Source of the DNA: Candidatus Levyibacteriota bacterium
GTDB taxonomy: Bacteria > Patescibacteriota > Microgenomatia > Levybacterales > UBA12049
NCBI GenBank assembly: GCA_038205015.1
Contig: JBBRCK010000002.1
Location: 33,913-97,912 of the forward strand
Direction of reading: 5' to 3'
DNA length: 64,000 nt
Shown here: one piece after another, positions 48,422-58,062 of the stretch
Position numbering within the stretch: the stretch's first letter is position 1
Layout of the letters: every line of letters starts with the position of its first letter
The notes under the pieces: generated by a model
Seen by the model: the letters and a program-made list of their open reading frames with translations, nothing else
Database searches by the model: none
Told to the model about the DNA's origin: nothing
Made by a program: the position numbers and the translations under genes

Positions 48422-50098
48422 GTGCCCACTAGAAAATTGAAATCAATAAAATATATTTTTGTTTCAGGCGGTGTAATCTCAGGAATTGGGAAAGGAACTA
48501 CCGCTGCCTCTATCGCTCTTCTTTTAAAATCTGCAGGCTATAAAGTTGCTCCAATCAAATTTGAAAATTATTTGAATATTGATGCGGGAACGATCAACCC
48601 AATTGAGCACGGTGATCCATTTTTATGTGAAGACGGTACAGAAGCAGACATGGATATTGGTACTTACGAAAAATTTTTAGATGAAGATATGGGAGAAGAT
48701 AATTTCGTAACAATTGGAAAGATTTACAAAACGGTAATCGATAAGGAAAGAAGGTTTGAGTATAACGGTGAAGATGTCGAAGCAATTCCCTACATAACAG
48801 ATGACATAATTGGAAGAATAGAATCATTAGGAAAAAAGGAAAATGCCGATATTGTAATTATAGAGTTAGGCGGAACAGCCGGAGAGTATCAAAACATTTT
48901 TTATTACGAAGCATCAAGGATGATGACTTTAAAAAAATCAGAAGATGTTATTCATATTCATGTGAGTTATGTTCCAACTCCGGGGCACTTAGGAGAACCA
49001 AAAACAAAACCTACGCAACTATCGGTTAGAACCTTAAATTCCATGGGAATTCAGCCAGACTTTATTATTACTAGGGGCGAAAAATATCTGGACCAAAGAA
49101 GAAAAGATAGATTAGCGCTTTTTTGTAATATGCACAAAGAAGATATTATTTCTAGTCCAGATCTTCCATCGGTTTACGAGATTCCATTTGTATTACATAA
49201 GCAGGACCTAGATAAAAAAATACTTAAAAAACTTTCACTTCCGATTAAGAAAACTGATCTTAAAGGTTGGAGTAAATTTGTTGAAAGTTCAAAAACAGCT
49301 AAAAAAGATATCGAAATCGCAATTGTTGGTAAATATTTTGGTACTGGTGAATATCAGCTTAGGGATTCTTATGCGGCACTTTTTGATGCAATTGACCACG
49401 CTGGCTGGAAATTAGGAGTGAATATAAAAACCAGATGGGTAAATGCGGAGAAAGTCGAACAAGAAGGTGCTGAAAAGATTATTGGAAAGCCAAATGGCAT
49501 AATTGTTCCGATTGGTTGGGGTGAAAGAGGAGCAGAGGGTATGATTCAAGCGGCCTCTTATGCAAGAGAGGAAAAAATTCCTTACCTTGGTCTTTGCTAT
49601 GGTATGCAACTGGCAGTAATAGCCTATGCCAGAGATATTTTGGATTTTAAAGATGCAAATACTGAGGAAAATAATAAAACTACCAAGCATCCCGTTATTC
49701 ATTTTATGCCAAACCAAAAAGATTTATTAAGTAAAAAATCATATGGTGGTACTATGCGGTTAGGTTCGTGGCAAGCAAAAATAGAAAAAGGAACTAGGGC
49801 TTATGAGATATATAAAAAATATCATGGATTTGATAATGAAAATAAATCTCTAACTTCAGAAAGACATAGGCATAGATATGAATTTAACGATAAATTTAGC
49901 AGTGATTTTAAGAAGAATGGGTTAATTATTAGCGCAAGATCGGTTGTTGAGAATCTCGCAGAGATAATTGAGCTTCCTAAAACTGTCCATCCATTTTACT
50001 TTGGAACGCAGGGACATCCGGAATACAAAAGCAGGCCTTTAAAACCACACCCAATTTTTCTAGAGTTTATAGATTCCAGCGTAAAAACTATTGAGTAA
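48422..50098 (+). CDS. pyrG: CTP synthase.
   Basis: 558 aa. N-terminal KYIFVSGGVISGIGKG, and a GATase domain with GLCYGMQ and HRHRYEFN. The track start is GTG 48422. TTG 48437 (MKSIKYIFV) fits the conserved N-terminus and the promoter position better. Confidence 0.92.
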   Translation: MPTRKLKSIKYIFVSGGVISGIGKGTTAASIALLLKSAGYKVAPIKFENYLNIDAGTINPIEHGDPFLCEDGTEADMDIGTYEKFLDEDMGEDNFVTIGKIYKTVIDKERRFEYNGEDVEAIPYITDDIIGRIESLGKKENADIVIIELGGTAGEYQNIFYYEASRMMTLKKSEDVIHIHVSYVPTPGHLGEPKTKPTQLSVRTLNSMGIQPDFIITRGEKYLDQRRKDRLALFCNMHKEDIISSPDLPSVYEIPFVLHKQDLDKKILKKLSLPIKKTDLKGWSKFVESSKTAKKDIEIAIVGKYFGTGEYQLRDSYAALFDAIDHAGWKLGVNIKTRWVNAEKVEQEGAEKIIGKPNGIIVPIGWGERGAEGMIQAASYAREEKIPYLGLCYGMQLAVIAYARDILDFKDANTEENNKTTKHPVIHFMPNQKDLLSKKSYGGTMRLGSWQAKIEKGTRAYEIYKKYHGFDNENKSLTSERHRHRYEFNDKFSSDFKKNGLIISARSVVENLAEIIELPKTVHPFYFGTQGHPEYKSRPLKPHPIFLEFIDSSVKTIE

Positions 50099-50113
50099 TT
50101 GGAAAAGTTAAGT

Positions 50114-50119
50114 TATAAT
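50114..50119 (+). promoter_or_regulatory. -10 box TATAAT, 8 nt upstream of the rplS ATG.
   Basis: Sequence aagtTATAATataaagctATG. Confidence 0.3.
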
Positions 50120-50127
50120 ATAAAGCT

Positions 50128-50412
50128 ATGATTGCAAATATTGATTTCGTACCCGGTGACGTTGTTAAGGTTCATCAAAAAATACAAGAAGGTGAAAAAA
50201 CCAGAATTCAAATCTTTGAAGGAGCGGTTTTATCAATTTCTGGTCGGGGAGAAAATAAAATGTTTATCGTAAGAAAAGTAGTAGGAGAAGTTGCAGTAGA
50301 AAGAATTTTTCCGGTTAATTCACCAAGCATAGAAAAAGTGGTTGTTAAAGCCCATTCAAAAAATAAACCAAGACGAGCTAAGCTTTATTATTTAAGAACA
50401 ATCGGAAAATAA
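50128..50412 (+). CDS. rplS: 50S ribosomal protein L19.
   Basis: 94 aa. [32 protein letters not shown]...[18 protein letters not shown] and RRAKLYYLR match L19. Confidence 0.85.
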   Translation: MIANIDFVPGDVVKVHQKIQEGEKTRIQIFEGAVLSISGRGENKMFIVRKVVGEVAVERIFPVNSPSIEKVVVKAHSKNKPRRAKLYYLRTIGK

Positions 50413-50473
50413 AACTACATTTTAATCTCAAATCCAATTGCAAAGCTTGTAGAATAAATCGCCTCAAAAAACA

Positions 50474-52462
50474 TTATTGGTTTTTAAGAAGTTTAATTTG
50501 ATCTCTTAAAATTGTTGCAGTTTCAAAGTCTAATTCTTTAGCAGCTTCTCTCATTTCCTTAGATATTTTCTTAATTAATTTTTCCCGTTCATCTGGCAGA
50601 ATGACCTCTTTTTTGCTTAAAGTCAGTAAATAATTAATTTCTTCATTTTTTTGTTCTCTCTCAACAAGTCTTGTTCTAATGATTTTTTCAATTCCTTTTG
50701 GTGTTATATGATGTTTTTTATTGTATGCAATTTGAACCTCTCTTCTTCTATCAACCTCATCCATCGCCGCTTTCATCGACCCAGTAATCTTGTCTGCATA
50801 CATTAAAACGAGTGAATCAATATTTCTGGCAGCTCTTCCCATGGTTTGAATTAAAGAAGTCCTGCTTCTTAAAAATCCTTCTTTATCTGCATCAAGTATT
50901 GCAACTAAAGATACTTCCGGTAAATCCAAACCCTCCCTTAATAAATTAATTCCAACTAAAACATCGTAATCTCCCTCTCGTAGCTTATCTAATACGTCTT
51001 GCCTTTCCAAAGTTTCGATATCTGAGTGTAAATACGAAACTTTGATATCTCTTTCCTGAAAATATGACGACAAATCTTCCGCCATCCTTTTGGTAAGAGT
51101 GGTAACTAGTACTCTTTGTTTTTTGATAACTCTTTTTTCAATTTCAGAAATTAAATCTTCGATTTGTCCCTTAGATGGTCGAATAATAACTTGCGGGTCG
51201 ATTAAACCGGTTGGTCTAATCAGTTGCTCAACAACAGCATTGTTTTCTTTAGCTAAACTTATTTCATATTCATCTGGCGTTGCACTTACGTAAATTGAGT
51301 CATTAATTCTATTTACAAATTCTTCATATCTTAGCGGCCTGTTATCTAACGCCGAAGGGAGTCTAAATCCATAATCTACCAAAGTTTGCTTTCTGCTTCT
51401 GTCCCCGTTATACATTCCTCTAATCTGGGGTAATGTAATGTGCGATTCATCAATTACGGTAAGAAAATCGCTGTCACACTGTTTAAAGTAGTCAAGTAAT
51501 GTAAAAGGTGGTAGTCCTGGTTCTCTTTTTTCAAAGTATCTTGAATAATTTTCAATCCCATTAACATATCCAATCTCTCTTATCATATCCAAATCAAAAT
51601 TGGTCCTTTGTGCAAGACGTTGGGCCTCTAAGAGTTTTCCTTCAGACTTAAACTGCTTTAATCTTATGTCTAAATCATTTTTTATTGTATGAAAGACATC
51701 CTTATAGGTTGATGGGTCAGTCATATAATGTTTTGCTGGATAAATTATTGTTGATTCTAGTTTTTTAGATATTTCTCCGGTTAGGGTTTCAAACTCTGAA
51801 AGCTTTATGACTTTATTATTCAAAATGTTTATTCTTAGACCAATATCAGAATATGCAGGAAAAAGATCAATGTCTTCGCCTCTAATTCTAAAGGTTCCTC
51901 TTTCAAAGCTATAGTCATTTCTGTCGTACTGAAGATCTGCCAGTCTTTCGATTATTTCGTTTTGACTCAAATCTTGTCCATTTTTAAGTTCCAAAACAAA
52001 TCTTCCGTATTCCAAAGGAGAACCCAAATTATAAATGCAGGAGACAGAAGCAACCACAATTACGTCTTTTCTAGTTAATAAATTGGTAGTTGCAGCTAGT
52101 CTAAGCCTATCTATTTCTTCGTTGATTTGAACCTCTTTTTCGATATAAGTATCACTTTGTGGCACATAAGCTTCCGGTTGATAATAATCATAATAAGAAA
52201 CAAAGTAACTTACTGCATTATTAGGAAAATAATCTCTAAACTCTTGGTAAAGCTGAGCGGCTAAGGTTTTATTGTGAGAAATAACTAAAGTCGGTTTTTG
52301 TACTCTTTCAATAACATTAGCCATAGTAAAAGTTTTACCACTTCCTGTAACTCCCAATAGCACTTGATGCTTAAAATCATTTTTTAAACCTTCTACAAGT
52401 TTTTTAATAGCTTCGGGCTGATCACCTTTAGGCTTGTAATTTGAAGTTAATTTAAAGTTCAT
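50474..52462 (-). CDS. uvrB: Excinuclease ABC subunit B.
   Basis: MNFKLTSNYKPKGDQPEAIKKLVEGL matches the canonical UvrB N-terminus, with Walker A GVTGSGKTFT and a UvrB/UvrC interaction tail. The track's upstream extension to 52507 uses TTG and translates the lexA promoter, so it was trimmed. Confidence 0.93.
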   Translation of the reverse strand: MNFKLTSNYKPKGDQPEAIKKLVEGLKNDFKHQVLLGVTGSGKTFTMANVIERVQKPTLVISHNKTLAAQLYQEFRDYFPNNAVSYFVSYYDYYQPEAYVPQSDTYIEKEVQINEEIDRLRLAATTNLLTRKDVIVVASVSCIYNLGSPLEYGRFVLELKNGQDLSQNEIIERLADLQYDRNDYSFERGTFRIRGEDIDLFPAYSDIGLRINILNNKVIKLSEFETLTGEISKKLESTIIYPAKHYMTDPSTYKDVFHTIKNDLDIRLKQFKSEGKLLEAQRLAQRTNFDLDMIREIGYVNGIENYSRYFEKREPGLPPFTLLDYFKQCDSDFLTVIDESHITLPQIRGMYNGDRSRKQTLVDYGFRLPSALDNRPLRYEEFVNRINDSIYVSATPDEYEISLAKENNAVVEQLIRPTGLIDPQVIIRPSKGQIEDLISEIEKRVIKKQRVLVTTLTKRMAEDLSSYFQERDIKVSYLHSDIETLERQDVLDKLREGDYDVLVGINLLREGLDLPEVSLVAILDADKEGFLRSRTSLIQTMGRAARNIDSLVLMYADKITGSMKAAMDEVDRRREVQIAYNKKHHITPKGIEKIIRTRLVEREQKNEEINYLLTLSKKEVILPDEREKLIKKISKEMREAAKELDFETATILRDQIKLLKNQ

Positions 52463-52500
52463 AATCTTAATTTTAACATATATTGATATAGTCTGACTTC

Positions 52501-52530
52501 TTGACAAAGTTTGATTATTTTTCGTATATT
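52501..52530 (+). promoter_or_regulatory. lexA promoter (TTGACA-18-TATATT), leaderless-type.
   Basis: -35 at 52501-52506 and -10 at 52525-52530. ATG 52539 is 8 nt after the -10. Confidence 0.4.
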
Positions 52531-52538
52531 TTATACAT

Positions 52539-53165
52539 ATGTCAGGAGTATTATACAGAAAAGAAAGAGAAGTCTTAGAATTTTTAGCACAGTTTCAAAA
52601 ACAATACGGTTATTCTCCAACTTTGACTGAAATTGCACAGGGGACAAATCATAAGAGTAATTCAACAGTTCATACTTTAATTAAATCTCTGGTTGAAAAA
52701 GGATATGTACAAAAAGTTGACGGCAATACCAGAGTACTAAAAATTGTTGATGAAAAAGTATCATTATCGCTTATGGGCAGTAAGCCGGCGATAGAATTAC
52801 CACTTTTAGGTTTTATCGCAGCAGGAAGTCCCCTAGAGCCTCACACAGACCCTAATGCGTCATTCTTTGTATCCGCATCGCTTTTGTCCGGCAAAAACAC
52901 AGCTTATGTTTTACAAGTTAAAGGCAGGTCGATGATAGATGATGGAATATTGGACGGTGATTATGTAGTAATTGAAAAAATGAGTGATGCCAGTAATGGA
53001 GATATTGTTGTAGCAATGGTGGATGATAACCTCGCAACTTTAAAGAAATTTTTTAGAGAAGATGGTAGGGTGGTCTTAAAACCAGCAAATTCGGAAATGT
53101 CGCCAATTTACCCGACAAAATTAACAATTCAAGGAAAAGTTGTAGGATTGGTAAGAAAATTCTAG
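52539..53165 (+). CDS. lexA: SOS repressor LexA.
   Basis: 208 aa. N-terminal winged HTH (YSPTLTEIAQGT), C-terminal S24 peptidase (GRSMIDDGILDGDYVVI...LKK), and an A-G cleavage-site context FIAAGSP. Confidence 0.85.
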   Translation: MSGVLYRKEREVLEFLAQFQKQYGYSPTLTEIAQGTNHKSNSTVHTLIKSLVEKGYVQKVDGNTRVLKIVDEKVSLSLMGSKPAIELPLLGFIAAGSPLEPHTDPNASFFVSASLLSGKNTAYVLQVKGRSMIDDGILDGDYVVIEKMSDASNGDIVVAMVDDNLATLKKFFREDGRVVLKPANSEMSPIYPTKLTIQGKVVGLVRKF

Positions 53166-53169
53166 TAGA

Positions 53170-53796
53170 TTATTTTCTTTTGAATTTGACAAGTTTTAAT
53201 TTGTAATTAATATAAAATAAAACTCCAAGAATAAGTAAAACAACAATTACGACTTCAAATTGCCTAAAGTATCCTCCGATATTCTTCCACTGACTACCCA
53301 AATAAAATCCAAAATATGTTACTAGACTTACATAAACAGTAGATGCTAATAAATTTGCTATTACAAACTTAACAAATTTAACTTCGGATATTCCAGCGGC
53401 TACGGACATAAACGATTTAACGCCCGGTAAGATTTTTCCTACAAAAACAATTGGACTTCCATATTTACTTATCCATCCTGTTGCTTTGTGATAATCATGT
53501 TCTGTAATTAAAATAAATTTTCCATATTTCCTTATTAAAGAAAGCAGTAAATTTTCTTCTAAAAAATATCCAATTGAGTAACCGATTATCGAACCGATTA
53601 AATCACCTAAAATTGCCGTTAAGATTACGAGAATTAGAGATAAACTGCCAATATTCGCTAAAAATCCGGCAAATGGAAGAGTAACTTCAGAAGGAATTGG
53701 TATTGCAGAGGCGTTTAGTATCATCAGAATTAATATTCCTAAATAGCCTGTGGACTGAATTAGATGTATAATTAAGCCTGATAATGTTTCTAACAT
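53170..53796 (-). CDS. DedA/VTT-family membrane protein.
   Basis: 208 aa with 4-5 TM helices. The motif GYSIGYFLEE...KYG is DedA-like. Confidence 0.65.
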   Translation of the reverse strand: MLETLSGLIIHLIQSTGYLGILILMILNASAIPIPSEVTLPFAGFLANIGSLSLILVILTAILGDLIGSIIGYSIGYFLEENLLLSLIRKYGKFILITEHDYHKATGWISKYGSPIVFVGKILPGVKSFMSVAAGISEVKFVKFVIANLLASTVYVSLVTYFGFYLGSQWKNIGGYFRQFEVVIVVLLILGVLFYINYKLKLVKFKRK

Positions 53797-53801
53797 AATC
53801 T

Positions 53802-54500
53802 ATGGGTAATTTATATATTGTATCAACACCAATTGGGAATTTACAAGACATAACGCTAAGAGCACTAAAGACCTTAGAAGAAGTAGATGTAATTGCTTGC
53901 GAAGATACCAGAGTTACTAAAATTTTAATCCATGAACATTTTAAGGACATAAAAGTTAAAATGTATGAAAAACTATTTTCCTTTTATGAAGAAAATGAGT
54001 TTGAAAGAATGCCCCAAATTATTAATCTTCTTATAAATGATAAAAATGTCGCATTAGTATCTGATGCAGGAACGCCAACAATTTCAGATCCAGGTTTCAA
54101 ATTAGTCAGAGAATGTCTTGAAAAAAATATAAAAGTTATTTCAATTCCCGGTGCCAATGCTATAACTTCTGCATTATCTATTTCTGGTTTACCTACAGAT
54201 AAATTTACATTTGTTGGTTTTCTTCCAAAGAAATCAGGGCACAGAAAAACACTTTTAGAAAATGTTCAGAAATCACAGGGAATACTCAGCTCAACCGTAA
54301 TAATTTATGAATCTCCTTATAAAATAGTAAAAACTCTAGAAGAACTCAAAAGTGTTTTTGGAAATATTAACGTAACGCTTGCTAGGGAACTGACAAAAAT
54401 TCATGAGGAAGTAAGGTCCGAAAAGATAGACACGTTATTAAATTTTTATACAAAAACAAAACCAAGAGGGGAATATGTAGTTCTTTTTAATTTAAAGTGA
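53802..54500 (+). CDS. rsmI: 16S rRNA (cytidine1402-2'-O)-methyltransferase.
   Basis: 232 aa. LYIVSTPIGNLQDITLRA...VIACEDTRVT is the tetrapyrrole-methylase-fold RsmI signature. Confidence 0.85.
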   Translation: MGNLYIVSTPIGNLQDITLRALKTLEEVDVIACEDTRVTKILIHEHFKDIKVKMYEKLFSFYEENEFERMPQIINLLINDKNVALVSDAGTPTISDPGFKLVRECLEKNIKVISIPGANAITSALSISGLPTDKFTFVGFLPKKSGHRKTLLENVQKSQGILSSTVIIYESPYKIVKTLEELKSVFGNINVTLARELTKIHEEVRSEKIDTLLNFYTKTKPRGEYVVLFNLK

Positions 54501-55754
54501 TTTAATCTGACCTTGAATTTGTAAAAGACGATTATATTTTGCTACTCTTTCTCCTCTTGCCGGAGCTCCAAATTTTACGTAATCTGCATTTACCGCTACT
54601 GCTAGGTCAGCTATGAAATCATCATTGGTTTCGCCTGAACGATGCGAAACCGTTATTTTAAGACCCGCTTGTTTTGCCATTTCAGCAACCGCTAACGCTT
54701 CGATAACAGTTCCAATCTGATTTGGTTTAATAATTATTCCGGTAATTGTCTTTTTTTCTAGCGCAGTTTGAAGTCTGTAAGGATTTGTAACCGTGAGGTC
54801 ATCTCCGACTATTAAAGTTTGTTGTGATAGAGAAGTATAGAGTTGATTCCAGCCTTCCCAATCATCTTCCGAGAGTCCATCTTCTAAGTAAAGTAGGTGG
54901 TAATCTTTGTTAAGCGAAATGTAAAAATCAACCATATCCTTTGAAGTCATGGCAATTGTTTTATCTTTAATATGGTATTTTTGTTCTGAATATAAATTGT
55001 TTGCTGCAGCATCCATCCCCAGAAAAACATCAAATCCAAGCCTAATATTAGCAGAATCGATCGATTGCTTTAGTATGAGCAAGGCATCTTGGTTAGTTGC
55101 CAGCTTTGGAGAAAATCCGCCTTCGTCACCTAAAAGAATTGATAAATTGTTCGTTTGAAGTTGATTTTTAAGTGAAAAGTAAACATTTGTGCCTATTTCC
55201 AAACATTCATCGAAACTTTTAGAGCTGGCAGGAATAACTAAAAACTCTTGAAAATCGATTGTTCCTCCTTCAGCATGTTTTCCTCCGTTTATTAAATTAA
55301 ATGCAGGAATTGGAATTTTTATCGGAGTATTATCCTTTTTAACAAACTCTCGAAGGTATAAAAAGAGCGGAAGCACAGCACTTTTTGCAGATGCTTTGGC
55401 AACAGCCATAGAGACAGAGAGAATTGCGTTGGCTCCAAGCCTTGATTTGTTGTTTGTACCATCTAATTCAATCATTTTTTTGTCGACATCTGGATGATGC
55501 GCTGCTTCCATACCAATCAAACTAGGAGCAATAACATTTTCAATATTAATTATTGCATTTTGTACGCCTAGACCTTGAGATTTTTTTTCATTTTTGTCAC
55601 GTATTTCAACAGCCTCATATTTTCCAGTAGAAGTGCCGGTTGGTGCTGACGCAATTCCGGTTGATCCGTCTGATAAAATAACAGCCGTTTCGATTGTGGG
55701 ATGCCCCTTAGAATTTAAGATTTCTCTTGCCGAGATTTTTTTGATTTTAGCCAT
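54492..55754 (-). CDS. eno: Enolase.
   Basis: 420 aa. Motifs SHRSGETED (as SHRSGETND), IKPNQIGT and N-terminal SAREILNSKG. Confidence 0.95.
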   Translation of the reverse strand: MAKIKKISAREILNSKGHPTIETAVILSDGSTGIASAPTGTSTGKYEAVEIRDKNEKKSQGLGVQNAIINIENVIAPSLIGMEAAHHPDVDKKMIELDGTNNKSRLGANAILSVSMAVAKASAKSAVLPLFLYLREFVKKDNTPIKIPIPAFNLINGGKHAEGGTIDFQEFLVIPASSKSFDECLEIGTNVYFSLKNQLQTNNLSILLGDEGGFSPKLATNQDALLILKQSIDSANIRLGFDVFLGMDAAANNLYSEQKYHIKDKTIAMTSKDMVDFYISLNKDYHLLYLEDGLSEDDWEGWNQLYTSLSQQTLIVGDDLTVTNPYRLQTALEKKTITGIIIKPNQIGTVIEALAVAEMAKQAGLKITVSHRSGETNDDFIADLAVAVNADYVKFGAPARGERVAKYNRLLQIQGQIKSL

Positions 55755-55756
55755 GA

Positions 55757-58018
55757 CTATTTGTTTATAAATTCTCTTTCGGATTTAGAAAGAAGTACTC
55801 TAGTATTTTCAATTGCATCGGGTGAAACAGAAACACTGGTTACACCCCAATTAACAAGTTTTTTAACAAGCTCAGGATAAGTAGAAACAGCCTGTCCACA
55901 CATTGACGAGGTAATCCCGTGTTTATGGGCGGTTTTTATTACATGTTCAAATGCCCAAAGTGTTGATTCATCCATTTCGTTAAATTCGCTTGCGACCTCA
56001 TAATTATCTCTGTCAGTTCCCATAACGAGCATTGTTAAGTCGTTTGAACCAATTGATATTCCATCAATTCCAACCTGGATGAATTTTTCTAAAAGTATTA
56101 CGTTAGAAGGAATCTCTACCATCATCCACAATTTAAACGTCGAAGATCGTTGAAGACCCGATTTATTAATCAAAACTTTAACTTTCTCAAGCTCTGAAAC
56201 AGTTCTAACAAATGGAATCATTAGCCATAGATTTTTCAAATTCATTTTTTCTCTGATTTTTATAATTGCGCGAAGTTCCAAATCAAAAACTTTTGGGTCG
56301 TTAATATAGCGAAATGCTCCTCTAAATCCCAACATTGGATTTGACTCCTCAGGCTCGTAGTCTTTTCCACCTATAAGGTTTCTATATTCGTTAGTTTTAA
56401 AATCCGATGCCCGGTAAACAACCGGTCTTGGATAAAACGCTTTACAGAATTTAGCGATATCGTCGGCGAGTTTATCTACAAATTCATTTGATCGTCCATC
56501 TTTAATCATTTTTTTGGGATGAATACCAATATCTGCCATGATAAATTCCGCTCGCAAGAGCCCAACACCATCTGCATCTTTTTGAGAAATATCATCAGCC
56601 AGTTGGGGTTCGGCTAAATTTACATAAAGTTTAGTAGCTGTTTTGACTCGCTGCGAGGGAGTTTTTTGCATAACTTGCTTAATTGCAAAACCGCCTTTAT
56701 AAACTTCTCCTTTAGTTCCATTAACCGTAATAATATTTCCGGTTTTAAGCACTTTTGTGGCTGTTTGAGTACCAACAACCGCTGGAATTCCCAATTCTCT
56801 TGAAACAATTGCAGCATGTGAAGTTCTCCCGCCACTATCCGTAACTACTGCAATCGCTTTTTTCATAGCAGGAACATAATCCGGATTTGTTTGCGGGGCC
56901 ACCAGAATATCTCCTGAGTTAACTTTACCGATCTCTTTTGCTGATAAAATTAATTTAATTGGTCCAACGGCGATTCCCGGACTCGCCGGATCTCCTTTTA
57001 CTATGATATCTGACTGAATCGGTATTTGAGTTAAAACGTTAATTGTTTTATTTTGCGTGGTGGTTACAGCTCTGGTTTGTACAATAAATACCTGGTTTTT
57101 TTCAATTGCCCATTCAATGTCTTGGGGGAAATAATAATGTTTTTCAAGCTGCAAGCCTAACTTGGCAAGTTCAATAATTTGCTTATCAGAAATTTTTTGT
57201 TTTCCGGCTTTTGATTTTTCAACTTTAACTTCCTTATTATCAACACCGGCTTTAATCATCATTTTTTTCTGAATAGACATTTTTTTGTTTAATATAGATA
57301 AGTCACTTTTTAAAACTTCGTAGTGGTCGGGATTTTCTGCCCCTTGAACAATTAATTCTCCTAATCCAAAAATTGATTCAATCGTTACTTTTGATTTATC
57401 GTTTGTAACCGGATCAAGCGTAAACATTATTCCTGAAGCATCGGATTCAACCATTTTTTGCACGACTAGGGCAATGCCGACTTTAATATGATCAAATTTT
57501 TGATTGTGTCTATAAAAAATTGCCCTGGCATTAAAAAGAGAAGCCCAACCTTCTTTAATCTTCTCAATTAATACAGCATCTCCTTTAACATTTAAAAATG
57601 TTTCTTGTTGTCCGGCAAAAGACGCTCCGGCTAAATCCTCTGCTGTTGCGGATGATCTTACAGCCACAAGGGTATCCGAAAACTTTCCTCCTAATAAATT
57701 ATAGTTTTTTAAAACATTTTTAGTTAATTCTTGAGATAAAATACCTTCTATGATAAATTTTTTAATATGTGAGGATACCTGATCGAGAGACTTATTGTTA
57801 TTAAAATTCGTAGTGGAGATTAGATGTTTGATTTTTATATCCAGTCGGTTCTCTTTTATAAAGTCATAGTATGCTTGTGAGGTAATTACAAAACCCGGGG
57901 GAACAGGAAATTTTGACTTAGTCATTTCTCCTAAGTTAGCGCCTTTTCCTCCAACCAAAGCGACATCTTCCTTGCCAACTTCGGAAAACCAAACTACATA
58001 TGGGGCAGATCTAGACAT
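55757..58018 (-). CDS. ppsA: Phosphoenolpyruvate synthase (pyruvate, water dikinase).
   Basis: 753 aa. N-terminal ATP-grasp (VGGKGANLGEM), phosphohistidine domain (GGRTSHAAIVSRELGIP) and C-terminal PEP-utilising TIM barrel. Confidence 0.9.
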   Translation of the reverse strand: MSRSAPYVVWFSEVGKEDVALVGGKGANLGEMTKSKFPVPPGFVITSQAYYDFIKENRLDIKIKHLISTTNFNNNKSLDQVSSHIKKFIIEGILSQELTKNVLKNYNLLGGKFSDTLVAVRSSATAEDLAGASFAGQQETFLNVKGDAVLIEKIKEGWASLFNARAIFYRHNQKFDHIKVGIALVVQKMVESDASGIMFTLDPVTNDKSKVTIESIFGLGELIVQGAENPDHYEVLKSDLSILNKKMSIQKKMMIKAGVDNKEVKVEKSKAGKQKISDKQIIELAKLGLQLEKHYYFPQDIEWAIEKNQVFIVQTRAVTTTQNKTINVLTQIPIQSDIIVKGDPASPGIAVGPIKLILSAKEIGKVNSGDILVAPQTNPDYVPAMKKAIAVVTDSGGRTSHAAIVSRELGIPAVVGTQTATKVLKTGNIITVNGTKGEVYKGGFAIKQVMQKTPSQRVKTATKLYVNLAEPQLADDISQKDADGVGLLRAEFIMADIGIHPKKMIKDGRSNEFVDKLADDIAKFCKAFYPRPVVYRASDFKTNEYRNLIGGKDYEPEESNPMLGFRGAFRYINDPKVFDLELRAIIKIREKMNLKNLWLMIPFVRTVSELEKVKVLINKSGLQRSSTFKLWMMVEIPSNVILLEKFIQVGIDGISIGSNDLTMLVMGTDRDNYEVASEFNEMDESTLWAFEHVIKTAHKHGITSSMCGQAVSTYPELVKKLVNWGVTSVSVSPDAIENTRVLLSKSEREFINK

Positions 58019-58026
58019 ATATTCTT

Positions 58027-58055
58027 ATTATGAGATTTATTTATAAAATTTTCAA
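58027..58055 (-). promoter_or_regulatory. Candidate ppsA promoter on the minus strand (TTGAAA-17-CATAAT), leaderless-type.
   Basis: The reverse complement reads TTGAAAattttataaataaatctCATAATaagaatatATG. The -10 ends 8 nt before the start codon. Confidence 0.3.
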
Positions 58056-58062
58056 GGAGAAG

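Noticed and set aside
50413-50473. Convergent rplS/uvrB 3' spacer as a bidirectional terminator.
   Set aside because: No convincing GC-rich hairpin followed by a T-tract on either strand.
52463-52507. N-terminal 15-codon extension of uvrB in the ORF track (MSRSQTISIYVKIKI).
   Set aside because: It starts at a TTG and translates the lexA promoter. The canonical UvrB N-terminus (MNFKLTSNYKPKGDQPEAI) begins at ATG 52462.
33367-58018. Inteins or insertions in dnaE, uvrB, ppsA or pyrG.
   Set aside because: Protein lengths (1074, about 662, 753 and 558 aa) match intein-free homologs, and the conserved motifs are contiguous.
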